Assembly (NCBI GenBank): GCA_009914755.4
Contig: CP086569.2
Coordinates: 25,376,001 to 25,440,000 of the forward strand
Direction of reading: 5' to 3'
Length of the DNA: 64,000 nt
DNA from: the human T2T-CHM13v2.0 reference genome, Homo sapiens
The notes under the pieces are model-generated. The model searched no databases. It saw only the letters and a list, made by a program, of their open reading frames with translations, and was not told where the DNA came from. Shown here in pieces: positions 1-12,223 of the stretch. Both the position numbers and the translations under genes were made by a program. Position 1 is the stretch's first letter, and the number at the start of each line of letters is the position of its first letter.

Positions 1-787
1 CTGCTCTGGTGAGGACGTGGAGAACCTTTATGTCTAGCTCAGGGATTGTAAATACACCAATCGGCACTCTGTATCTAGCTCTAGGATTGTAAATACACCA
101 GTCAGCACCCTGTGTTTAGCTCAAGGTTTGTGAGTGCACCAGTCAACACTCTGTATCTAGCTGCTCTGGTGGGGCCTTGGAGAACCTGTGTGACAAAACT
201 CTGTATCTAACTAATCTGATGGGGACGTGGAGAACCTTTGTATCTAGCTCAGGGATTGTAAAGGCACCAATCAGCACCCTGACAAAACAGGCCACTCGGC
301 TCTACCAATCAGCAGGATGTGGGTGGGGCCAGATAAGAGAATAAAAGCAGGCTGCCTCCGGAGCCAGCATTGGCAACCTGCTCGGGTCCCCTTCCACACT
401 GTGGAAGCTTTGTTCTTTCGCTCTTTGCAATAAATCTTGTTACTGCTCACTCTTTGTGTCCACGCTGCTTTTATGAGCTGTAACACTCACTGCGAAGATC
501 TACAGCTTCACTCCTGAGCCTGGCAAGACCACGAGCCCACCGGGAGGAACCAACAACTCCAGACGCGCTACCTTAAGAGCTGTAACACTCACCGTGAAGG
601 TCTGCAGCTTCACGCCTGATCCAGCAAGATCACGAACCCACCAGAAGGAAGAAACTCCGAACACATCTGAACATCAGAAGGGACAGACTCCAGACGCGCC
701 ACCTTAAGAGCTGCAACACTCACCGCGAGGGTCCGTGGCTTCATTCTTGAAGTCAGTGAGACCAAGAACCCACCAATTCTGGACACA
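1..787 (+). mobile_element. LTR12 (ERV9 LTR), 3' portion cut by the window edge: U3 tandem repeats, promoter, R, and U5 ~72-bp-type repeats
   Basis: Bases 20-300 hold about 40-bp units 'ctagctcagggattgtaaatacaccaatcagcac' with CCAAT cores. 'ccagataagagaataaaagcaggctgcc' at about 330-360 carries a TATA-like AATAAAAG. 'tttgcaataaatcttgttactgctcactctttg' at about 425-460 carries AATAAA. Then come three units beginning 'gagctgtaacactcaccgcgaagg' at 474, 576 and 711, ending '...caccaattctggacaca'. This matches my memory of the LTR12/ERV9 consensus in forward orientation. Confidence 0.75.
20..380 (+). promoter_or_regulatory. LTR12 U3 enhancer/promoter: multiple CCAAT (NF-Y-type) boxes in tandem repeats plus a TATA-like box; predicted to drive transcription rightward
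   Basis: CCAAT-containing motifs 'caccaatcggcac' (~50), 'caccaatcagcac' (~262) and 'taccaatcagcagg' (~303). Degenerate copies 'caccagtcagcac' and 'caccagtcaac' also occur. 'aataaaagc' lies at ~341. The ERV9 LTR U3 is an established NF-Y/Sp1-dependent promoter and enhancer. Confidence 0.5.
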
Positions 788-799
788 GTGTGGTCTTAA

Positions 800-3350
800 T
801 GAATTATTAACATGGGGGAGAGGGTAGGCTTGTGTTTACACCCCCTCAAGTCCTCTTTGGATTCCAGCACGAGGCATCAAACCATAACATGGCATGGCTA
901 GGGTCCAATCTAGTACCGGAATTGAAAGAGTTAACCCAGTAAGACCCACAGTTCCAGAGGAGGCTGAACAAATCCTGCTCCAGACACAGGCACCATTTAC
1001 TCCAGTTATTTTGTTTCTTTCTATGCTATCTATTGTACAATGCGACTCACATAGGGTATTGATCATTTTTATACTCTCGCTTTGCCTGCAAACTGTACCT
1101 GCTACACTCTATTGGGCTCATTAAAATATGAGCCCTAAATATGAGCCTAAAATGGCCCACTTTTCTTTCACCCTGTCACCTGGGCAGATAACTCCCTTCC
1201 CACTCTGTAACAACATGACTGCTTGGCTAGGACGGATAGATTTACACCAAGTAGGGTCCCTCAATAATAACACACATTTCCCTAAGGTGCCAGATAACAC
1301 TATATAGCACTACACTATCCTCTCACCGCTTCTAAGTTATAAAGGCTCTAACCCTTACTGTGTAACTGCTCCAAGACAAGTATGGGTACATCATGGCAAA
1401 AAAAGTGCCTTAACAGTTTTAGCTACAGATAACCTCAAACTGGGCAATGCAATCCATGCTGCTTTCCCAAATATTCCTTTCCGTACTAAAGAACAGAGCC
1501 AAGAAAATAATGGATTTCACTTTAGCTGGGAAGTCTCATAGTCTCTGGTTGGGCAATTAAAACATCTTAGAGTGGAGTCTCCATGGCCAACTGCAGGGCA
1601 CGCTTACAAATGTCTTTCTGCATCGTAGCATTAACCACAATATTTTATAGCCATGTCTCGTTCCCCTGTAATTTGGGCCGATGGAGGGATGGGATATCCC
1701 CAGACCCTGAGTAAACCCCATACCAACCCAAGGCACCTTATGGCACCTGGGACATCTTAGCACCTCTCTTAACACCTGCTATGGGAGATATCATAATTCC
1801 AGGCTCAACTACACTATAGCCTTTATTCATACTCACACTGATCAGTGCCTGGTTTGCACTACCCATCCATATGTTTTCCTTACAGGAACTAACATTTCCA
1901 TTACACCTGGAAATGCCACATTTGTGACCCGGGTGCAGGGACAGGCTTGGTTTGCCTCATGTATCACTGGTCATGATATGTCTAGTTTAAAAACTTCCAG
2001 TGTCGTGGTATTAAGGAGACAATCTGAGGCACTTCTACCAGCCAATTTGACATGCAATTGGCAAGATTCTTCTGCCCTTGCCACCTTAGAAAGTGCCCTG
2101 TCCCAGGTCAGACACAAAAGATTCACATTTACACTTATGGTCTTTACAGGCTCAGCCATAGTCATTATGGCAACTGTTAGCATTGCTGTTGTATCTATTA
2201 CTGAATCAGTACAAACAACTGCTTTTGTAGATAATCTGGCCAAAAATATATGTGATGAACTTCTCCTACAGTAAGGAAAGAGTATGCGGGAGAGCCACAA
2301 GATGCACTAGCATTCTGTCAACAGTGAAAATGTGAATGGCAACATAAACATACCTGTGTCACTTCTCTACCATGGAACCAATTAATGTATAGCTAGGGTG
2401 AGGTGAAACAACACCTCTGGGGAACCTTTTATAACAGTTTAACTGCAGACATGAAGCAAGTTAAAACTAAAATTTTAAAATCTGTTCACACCACAGATCT
2501 GCACACCCAACAGCCATGTGGAAGGGAGTACAAGATCATCTCTCCTACTTGGACCCTAACTCCTGGGGGATACTCTTTGACTGGAAAAGATTTTTGCTAA
2601 TTATGCTCATGTTTGTCTTATGTTATTTGCTAATCCTAGGATGCAAAGTCTAAATAAGAGCAGTGACTGCCTCATCTGAAAATCCTGTGGCTGCACATAT
2701 CTGTGCTCTGCAATCAAAAAACCCTAATAAAGAAAACAAAAATGGGGAAATGTTGGGATTCACTCAGGATGGTGGCAGAAATAGTAAAGGGAAATATTAG
2801 GGGAAGTTCTAGGGAATAGTCACAAACCTTTCGTAAGGCCAAAAGGTTACCCAGCTTGTAATAATTGAACAGATTGAAGGCAGCTAGTTCTTACCTTGGA
2901 ACATTATGTCATAGAGTAAATACAAGGGACAATTGAGGCTTCCCCAGTTAAGTCTGTTTATCCTACCTCCATTAACTAACCTTTGTACCAAATGGCCCTC
3001 TCAGGGGGAGGTGGACCAAGGATATTGTCCCCTAATGGTATTCACTTAGACTACAGTACCTGAGCTTTAATCATTCATAGAACTACTGTCTTAACCAAGT
3101 TCATTATCCTCAAGTGTAATTACTCAAAGCTTCTGTTGGTAATTGTATACTAAATAAATGCCTGGAGTGCTAGCTGCTCAGGGTCTGCTGCAGTGACAAA
3201 CCTGTCTTGGTGTGCAGGCAGTCAGACACAGCAGGACTAGCAAAACAGAATACCTGTGTGTCAGTGTACATTTTATTCATCTGTTGTTTGGGCCAGGGTC
3301 TGCAGGCAGACGCCCACAGCTAATGCCCTCTTGTGAGAGGCAACACCTGT
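800..3350 (+). mobile_element. Decayed ERV internal fragment (env region) of a beta-retrovirus-like (class II, HERV-K superfamily-like) element, possibly including its 3' LTR (about 2720-3350, low confidence)
   Basis: See the env remnant below. Downstream, 2650-3300 has LTR-like features, including 'taaataaatgcctggagtgc' with AATAAA. No gag or pol signatures are visible. Confidence 0.4.
1801..2650 (+). pseudogene. Retroviral env remnant spanning the SU C-terminus and TM: CxxC motif, N-glycosylation sequons, furin site RHKR, fusion peptide and membrane anchor. It is interrupted by stops and frameshifts.
   Basis: Frame-1 translation reads '...DQCLVCTTHPYVFLTGTNISITPGNATFVTRVQGQAWFASCITGH...NLTCNWQDSS...SQVRHKR|FTFTLMVFTGSAIVIMATVSIAVVSITESVQTTAFVDNLAKN'. 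This resembles the HERV-K Env cleavage site and fusion peptide, 'RSKR|[42 protein letters not shown]'. A hydrophobic anchor 'LLIMLMFVLCYLLILGC' lies at about 2590-2650. There is an upstream stop at about 1708 and a stop at 2275. Confidence 0.55.
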
Positions 3351-4779
3351 TAGAAAACTCAAACTACTGGTAGTTCTAGTCAGGGTAGTGGAGTTTGAGT
3401 CCTACTAAGATAGAGAGAGTAGACAAAAACCTTTGGCTTCCTATTGAAATTGCAGAAAGGATACACTTTAGGAAGAAAATCTGGATGCTAAGAATAAAGA
3501 GTTCACAATGAGAATAAGGATAAAATCCAAACAGTCTCATCCCAGTAAAGAATAAGACAAAGGTTCTACAACATCAATATCACTAGCCAACAATTTCTGA
3601 TAGAGCAAATGCCAACCTTCTTCAGAGAAAGAAAACAAATCCCTTATCTAAACATGCAACTGCAGTTCACAGAAAAATGTTATTACATGTATAAAGAAAC
3701 AGGAGCATATTGACATAGGAGAGATAAATAAGAAATCAGACTCTTGCATGACCCAAATGTTGGAATTCACACACAAGGGCCTTAAAACATTTCTTAAAAT
3801 TGTGTTCAAGGACTTAAAAGAAAAGATAAAAAGGCTGTATCAGCAGAGATAATTCAATATCTGAGAAATTTCAAAAGTAGATGTTTTTAGTAAGACTTGG
3901 AGAAGGCAATAAGGTCAGTGTTCAAGAATGTGGTGGGCAGTATGACTTCTAGATGCTAGAAAAAAAAAAAAGGGAATGGACTCTCTCGTAGAGACTCTAG
4001 AAGAAATGCAGCCATGCCTACACTTTGATTATAGTTTGCTGAACCCATTTCACAATTCTGATGTCCAGAGCTGTGAGAAAATAAAGCGTAATCTAAGACC
4101 TGAAAAGAAGAAAGTGTCAGCTCTGAGAAGACTAACAGAAAACAGTATGGGAAAAAGCAAAGGGAGAAAGCTCTGAACCAAGACAGAACTTGAAAATATG
4201 GGCAACTTGAATAAAATACTATTTACTCTGGAATAAGGGGTGGGCCTGAGATATGAGGCTAGAGCACTGGACATGAGCCTCATCTTGGATGCTGGTAAAG
4301 TGAGTAGTTTCTTTCTGCGACATATCCTCCACAAACATCCCTTAAGAAGAATGACTTAATATAAGATATATATTTTTAAAAGGGAATATTACAGAGAATA
4401 AATATAAGAAGGCAAAAGTAAGAAAGTGTTAATTTTAGGGAAGCTATTGCAGTAGATGAAGCAAAATATAATGGTGGCTTGGATTTACAGTGGATATTGA
4501 GAGCAGAATATAGTCTGACTGGGAATATTCTGAAACTAAGTTTAGCAGACTTAATTATGGATTTGATGTAAAGTTTTAAGGAAGGAAGAAATTGAGGATA
4601 AATCTTTGGTGTTTTGTCTTGAGTGGTTGATAGTGGCGTTTGGATATTTAGCAGTGCATGCCACTATTAGTAAAAGACTCAGTTGGAAACAGATGCTGCT
4701 ACTGCCTGAATGCAAAGCTCTTGTTTTTTACTACAGTAAGCTGAAAAATCATCCCTACTTGGTCCCAGGTTTTCTCTAC

Positions 4780-4805
4780 AAAAAAAAAAAAAAAAAAAAA
4801 AAAAA
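4780..4805 (+). repeat. Poly(A) tract, 26 A. It may be the tail of an old retroposed sequence.
   Basis: Uninterrupted A run. No AATAAA hexamer lies immediately upstream, so the origin is unclear. Confidence 0.9.
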
Positions 4806-6400
4806 GTTGTGAAACTGGTACGATTTTTCTCACCTTTGTGATTCTCTGAGATATATGGCTTTTACTCAATTCCTTGGTCTGCACATCAAAAAACATGAAC
4901 TGAATTAATCTATATCCAATTTGTTACACAAATTTATTCATCTGAAAAATTCAACATTTACACACACATTTACATACACACAGTCAAGAAATAATGAGAT
5001 AAATTGGAAAGTATATGAATTGGAACCACAAATAGAATAGTTTTTGAGTCGTGGCACTAGCACTTTCTGATATGTGTCATTATATATGTCATTTAACCTT
5101 TATGAAACTCAATTTTTTATAAGTAAAAACATATATTAATACTCACAATATTGTTGTAAGCATACCAATGAAATTACTTTTTACTGTAAAATTAAAAACT
5201 AGAAGTGCTTGTTGGTTTCTCAGTGCTCTTACAAAAAATTAATCATTGTAACATTTGAAAATAAGTAGATGTGTGGAAAATAAATTAATAAACTTCTTTT
5301 CTTCTTCCAATTTCAAATATAAGCACCAACAGCAGTTTGGCAATAATTTTCACGAAGTTAATTTTGCATATAAAACATTTGCAAAGATTATGTTCATGTT
5401 TATGAAAGTGAAACTGCTATACATACATCCATGTACACACACAATACATGCATATTGTATAATTCGCTTTTGCTAAAATATATATTTTAGATTTTCTTCC
5501 AAAGGAACACATATATCAATCTTATTTGCATTAATAGTTACATAATAATCAATATTATATTTATACCAAGGTTTCAATGGATGTACCATTTAATCTTTCT
5601 AATTTTGAGAAAAATTCTATAATTCCAAATCTTTAGTATTAATAACAATGATACAATAAACATGATGGCATATTTATCTTTTAATCCTGGTAATTTTATT
5701 TGTATTTAATAAGTGGTACAAAATGTGAAAACTGGGCCAAGTGCTGTAAGTACCATGTATTGAAATTATTTAAATACTAAATTTATGTAATATTAAATAA
5801 AATTATAACTATTTAAATACCAAATTACTTTCCGAAAACCTTGTAGTAATCACATTCCTTCTAGAACCTACAATTTCATCAACAGTGGATGCTACTATTA
5901 GTTTTTATTTTTGTAAACTAATGAATGTATTATCTATTATCTTAACTTCATTTTTTTTAATTTGAGAACTAGAAATTCTGTTTTATTGTTACCGATCTCT
6001 AGAGTGTTGGTTGTTGTTTTTTTTTTTCTAGCCAGAAACGTCTGTGGCTGTGACTCCTTTGTCCAAGATCTTGTCCAGTGTCAGGAAGAATGAGGTAGAA
6101 TGAGGTAGCAGAGAAGTGAATGTTGAACAAGAAGAAACATTTTGTTCAGTGTTAGTACAGTTCAAAGGAACGGTTTGCTCCTCTCTGTAGGCAGGCTTTC
6201 CAGTTGAGTGTTCAGCTCTTAGCAGAGAGGAGGCCCTGGAGAGTGTGACTCTTCTCCATGGCAAAGTCATTCAGAGGTCTCTGCAGGCCTCTGAAGCTCA
6301 TGTAGCCTGACTTTTGACAGTTGGCAGATACTTCATTCCAAGGAGTTAGGCCAGTGAGGCCAAATCTTTGATTTGAATTAGCACATAGAAACTAGCTCAC

Positions 6401-6431
<31 letters not shown>

Positions 6432-6550
6432 CGGATTCTCGCTCTGTTACCCAGGCTGGAGGGTATTGGCACAATCTGGGCTCACTGCAAGCTCCACCTC
6501 CCGGGTTCATGCCACTCTCCTGCCTCAGCCTCCTGAGTAGCTGGGAGGCT
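6401..6550 (-). mobile_element. Alu, 5'-truncated (right monomer plus tail), minus orientation
   Basis: A poly-T run of about 27 bases followed by 'aagacggattctcgctctgttacccaggctggag...gcctcagcctcctgagtagctggga', which is the reverse complement of the Alu 3' half. Flanking 'gctcac' on both sides looks like a short TSD. Confidence 0.85.
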
Positions 6551-6727
6551 GGCTCACTTTAATGCTCATGACAAATTTGTTCGCACTTTCTATTTCTTAG
6601 ATTATGTAAAATGTTTATTGAAATCAGTTGGAAATTGGGATGTTATTAGATTCCTTCTCTGTTGGACTTTCTCACAGGAGTAAAGTATGACAGCACATTT
6701 CTTTCTTTCAGTTGAAACAAGAGTACC

Positions 6728-7009
6728 GGCCTGGCGCGATGGCTTATGCCTGTAATCTCAGAAATTTGGGAGGTCAAGGTGTGTGGATCACCTGAGGTAA
6801 GGAGTTCCAGCCCCCTCGTGGCCAACGTGGCAAAAAACCATCTCTACCAAAAATACAAAAATTAGCTGAATGTGGTGGCATGAACCTGGATTTCTAGTTG
6901 CTCTGGAGGCTGAGGGAGGAGAATCACTTGAACCTGGGAGGCAGTGGTTGTAGTGAGCCAAAATCATGCCCCTGCAGTCCAGACTGGGCAACAGAGTGAA
7001 ACTCAATCT

Positions 7010-7040
<31 letters not shown>
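6728..7040 (+). mobile_element. Alu, full length, plus orientation, with a 30-nt poly(A)
   Basis: 'ggcctggcgcgatggcttatgcctgtaatc...gcctgggcaacagagtgaaactcaatctc' followed by a poly(A) tail. Confidence 0.9.
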
Positions 7041-7043
<3 letters not shown>

Positions 7044-9549
7044 AAACAATAGAAAAAGAGGGACTCCTCCCTAATTTACTTCATGAGGTCAGCACCACCC
7101 TGATACCAAAACCTGGCAGAGACACAAGAAAAAAGAAAAGTTCAGGCCAATATCCCAGATGAATATCGATGCAAAAATTCTCAATAAAATACTGACAAAA
7201 CGAATCCAGCAGCACATCAAAAAGCTTATCCACCACAATCAAGTCAGCTTCATCCCTGGGATGCAAGGCTGGTTCAATATAGGCAAATGAATAAACATAA
7301 TTCATCAAATCAACAGAAGCAATGACAAAAACCACATAAATATGTCAATAGACTCAACACGTCTTCATGCTAAAAATTCTCAGTAAACTAGGTCTTGATG
7401 GAAAGTATCTCCAAATAGTAAGAGCTATTTATCACAAACCCACAGCCAATATCATACTGAATAGGCAAATACTGGAAGCATTCCATTTTACAACCTGCAA
7501 AAGAAAAGGAAGCCCCCTCTCACCACTCTTATTCAACATAGTATTGGAAGTTCTGGTGAGGGCAATCAGAGGAAAGAAATAAAGCGCATTCTAACAGTAA
7601 GAGAGGAAGTCAAATTATCTCTGTTTGCAGATAACATGATTGCATATTTAGAAAACCCCATCGTCTAAGCCCACAATCTCCTTAAGCTGAGAAGCAACGT
7701 CAACAAACTCTCAGAGTACAAAATCAATGTGCAAAAATCACAAACATTCCTATACCCAAATAATAGAGGGCCAAATGGTGAGTGAACCCCCATTCACAAT
7801 TGCCACCAAGAGAAGAAAATCCCTACAAATACAACTTACAAGGGATGTGAAGGACCTCTTCAAGAAGGACTACAAACCACCACTCCAAGAAATAAGAGAG
7901 AACACACACACATGGAAAAACATTCCATGCTCATGGATAGGAAGAATCAATATTGTCAAAATGTCCATACTGCCATAGTAATTTATAGATTCAAAGCTAT
8001 CCCCATCAAGCTACTGTTGGCTTTCTTCACAGAATTAGAAAAACTACTTTAAATTTCCCATGGAACCAAAAAAGAGCCCACATAGCCATGACAATCCTAA
8101 GCAAAAAGAACAAAGCTGGAGGCATCATGGTAACTCAATTTAAACTATACTACAAGGCTGCAGTAACCAAAACAGCATGGTACTCGTACCAAACATATAC
8201 ATATATACCAATGCAACAGATCAGAGACCTCGGAAATAACACCACAAATATCTAATATCTACAAATATCTGATCTTCGACAAACCTGATGAAACAAATCA
8301 ATGTGGAGAGGATTCCCTATTTAATAAATGTGGGAAAACTGGCTAGTCATATGCAGAAAATTGTAACAACCCCTTCCTTACACCTTATACAAAAATTAAC
8401 TCAAGATGGATTAGACTTAAACATAAGACCTAAAACCATAAAAACCCCCGAAGAAAATCAAGGCAATACCATTCAGGACACAGGCATGGGCAAAAACTTT
8501 ATTACTAGATCACCAAAAGCAATGGCAACAAAAGACAAATTTGACAAATGAGATCTAATTAAATAAAAGATCTTCTGCACAGCAAAAGCAACTATCATCA
8601 GATTGAACAGGCAACCTGCAGAATGGGAGAACATTTTTGCAATATATCCATCTGACAAAGAACTAATACCCAGGATCTACAAAAAACTTAAACAAATTTG
8701 TGAGAAAAAAAAAAAACTCATCAAAAAGTGAGAGAAGGATATGAACAGACGCTAGTCAAAAGAAGACACTTATGCAGCCAACAATCATGGGAAGAAAAGC
8801 TAATCATCACTGATCATTAGAGTAATGCAAATCAAAACCACAATGAGATACCATCTCATGCCAGTTAGAATGGTGATCACTAAAAAGTCAGGAAACAACA
8901 GATGCTGGAAAGGATGTGGAGAAATAGGAATGCTTTTTCACTGTTGATAGGAGTGTAAATTAGTTCAACCATTGTGGAAGACAGTGTGTCAATTCCTCAA
9001 TGATGTAGAAGTAGAAATACCATTTGACCCAGCAATCCCATTACTGGGTAGATACCCAAAGGATTATAAATCATTCTATTATAAAGACACATGCACATGT
9101 ATTTTATTATGGCACTGTTCACAATAGCAAAGACTTGCAACCAACAAAAATGCCCATCAATTTTAGACTGGATGAAGAAAATATGGCATATATACACCAT
9201 GGAATACTGTGCAGTCATAAAAATGATGAGTTTATGTCCTTTGCAGGGACATGGATGAAGCTGGAAACCAACATTCTCAGCAAAATAACACAAGAACAGA
9301 AAACCAAACACCACATGTTCTCACTCATAAGTGGGAGTTGAACAATGAGAACATACGGATACAGGGAGGGGAACATTACATACTGGGGCCTGTTGGTGGC
9401 AGGGTATAGGGGAGGGATAGCATTAGGAAAAATGCCTAATGTAGATGATGGGATGATGGGTGCAGCAAGCCATCATGACAGGTGTATACCTATGTAACAA
9501 ACCTGCATGTTTTGCACATGTGCCCCAGAACTTAAAGTATAATAATAAT
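7041..9549 (+). mobile_element. L1 (LINE-1) 3' portion of an older primate subfamily, 5'-truncated within ORF2, extending to the 3' UTR end
   Basis: It begins in the ORF2 RT region, translating as '...[12 protein letters not shown].. [34 protein letters not shown]'. It continues through degenerate ORF2 and ends 'gtgccccagaacttaaagtataataataa'. Several ORF-track entries in 7.3-9.4 kb are ORF2 pieces. Confidence 0.85.
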
Positions 9550-11707
9550 TTTTTAAAAAGAACCTTTTTGAGAAAATTAAACTTTGAGAATTGTTGCCTT
9601 ATTTGTGGTTTTGGCTTCTGAATAATATCTAAATGTAATCTCATTACACTTTTTTCAAGTGTTTGGTATTGGAGATAATGCTTGTCTTTAGGATTGAGAG
9701 TGGAGACTCCCAATTTATGATCAAATAATTTAGCATTATGCATTTGGGACATATCATATCCATTTTAGGATGAGAAGACGCTGTTGCTGAGGACTTACTG
9801 TTTAAAGTCACAAGAAGGAGCAGACACAAAATGCAGAAGTGAGTTTTCTGGATGCATATGTATATGTGGACCCATAAAGTGTTATGTCTTTTGTTCAACA
9901 AAATTTTATTTGGCTTACATATCCTGTTTAGTGTTGTGGATACAATAAGGTTGAGGAGTCACTCCTTTACTCAAAGACTTACAGTAAAATGGGAAAAGTG
10001 GAGGTCATCCCCCATTTCATTTCTCTATAACAGTAAAGAAAATTTCAAAAATAAATTTCTAAAAATATGGAATTTATATTCTTATGCAAATTGTGTAATA
10101 TATAGATTTAAATGTAATTACAAGATGTTTTACCAAAACTACATTATTGAGATAAATTAAAAATTATTTAATAATAGGAGAAATATAACATGTTCACAGA
10201 TTAAAAGCAATATTTTTAAGATTTAAAATTTTCCTAAATTTACCTATAGATTCAATACACTCTCAACCAACATCTCCCCATTTGCCTGTATTATTAGTAA
10301 AGTTCATCTCATACATGAGATACCATCTTGGATAAGAAAAGAAAGAAGTGAAATGAGAAAACTCAGCATTTGAGTGTTGTGCTTAAGTGACTATTTTTGT
10401 TATTGCATTGAACTAAGACAACTTGATTTCTTTTTTATTTTTAATTTTTTGTTAATACACAGTCATTGTTATGTATTTACTTGATTTATTGAATACAATT
10501 TTTCCCTATCTTGAGGTTCGAGATGCTCAGGAGGAACATCAGGTAACTTGAAGACATAATAAAGAAGTTAACGATTTATTTATACCTCTGAGTATAATGC
10601 AGATACATGTAAGACTTCATATAAAGTTCTTAAAACATAGATCTAATTTGCTTATAAAAAGTTGCACCATTTTTAATCTTTTTAATATCAGTGCTCAATT
10701 CATCATCATTCTTCATTTTGGGTATTTCTATTATAAAATTTTATTGACTTTAATTTGGGCATGGAAACACTAGAACAATATCATAAATTATATGTCATCA
10801 TGCATTCCACTATCTCATGAGAAATCGTTAGAAATGAAGTGCAGTGCATAAACAAATTTATTTAATATGTTATTTTCATTTATTTAAGTGTTTAGATCCA
10901 GATTAAAATTGATGAATATAAGCAAGAATCCAAGACAAGAATGCAAAGTTTTGACCAATGGATGAACATTGCTAACATTTTAATCTTTATTATTTTGAGA
11001 TAAAAATCACGTGTTTTAGATTTGTAACCTCCGTAATTTGTAAACAGTCATGTGTGTGTTGATGTCTGTCTATCATTTATCTATATATGTAACTTAACAA
11101 TAAAACTATAGATAAAAGAACTGAACTTTATATTATCTTTGCAGTAAGTAATATTTTCCTGGTCATTATAGGCTTTATTAGTCCATTTCATACACTATGA
11201 TTTCACAGTAATATGCAAAAAATATTTCTTAATAAACTACATTATTAATCAGCTATATACCTGAACACAAAGTTTGAGATAAGGACCAAATATAGCCATT
11301 TTTAATAAAATAGTCCAAGGCATCACAATATTCTATGTTCTAATGAGAACCATAGCTACTGTGGATTTAAAATTATTTTTAATTGCAAATATAAAGTATT
11401 TTTGAAGCTAATTAACTTCTGTTGTTTCCTAGAGACAAGATATCTTATCCCTTTTGCTTAGCAGGTGTGTCTATATCTTAGAGAAGAATTTAGCTGAGGT
11501 TGTGTTTGATTAGATTGATTAAATATGCATTTTACTCCATAAAGACAATTTTTATGTGTATTAGTTGGATACCTATTTCTAAAAACATAGAACTTTTCTT
11601 TATTTCATGCTGTTTGCTCCTGTATGCCAGGGATTTCAATAGGGAAACTAGCTGTCTTCTTGAAAATGTGAATATATTCCTAAACATGTTCACTACCTCA
11701 TCTATGA

Positions 11708-12223
<516 letters not shown>

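Noticed and set aside
20-300. Tandem 40-60-bp repeats at the window start as a satellite or CRISPR-like array
   Set aside because: They are the characteristic U3 tandem repeats of the ERV9 LTR12, with CCAAT cores. They are followed by the LTR12 TATA, R and U5 repeats, not by spacers.
1-3350. An intact or near-intact HERV9 provirus (LTR-leader-gag-pol-env)
   Set aside because: No gag or pol is present. The only viral coding remnant is a beta-retrovirus-like env that does not fit the gamma-type ERV9. I believe the repeated 'gagctgtaacactcaccgcgaagg' units belong to the LTR12 U5 region rather than to an internal leader, so the LTR12 is best read as a solo or truncated LTR next to an unrelated ERV fragment.
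4780-4805. The poly(A) at 4780-4805 as the tail of a processed pseudogene (3400-4805)
   Set aside because: There is no AATAAA within 30 nt upstream, and I could not recognise the upstream 1.4 kb as any mRNA or TE. It may be an A-rich microsatellite or an old, unclassified retroposed fragment. The evidence is insufficient.
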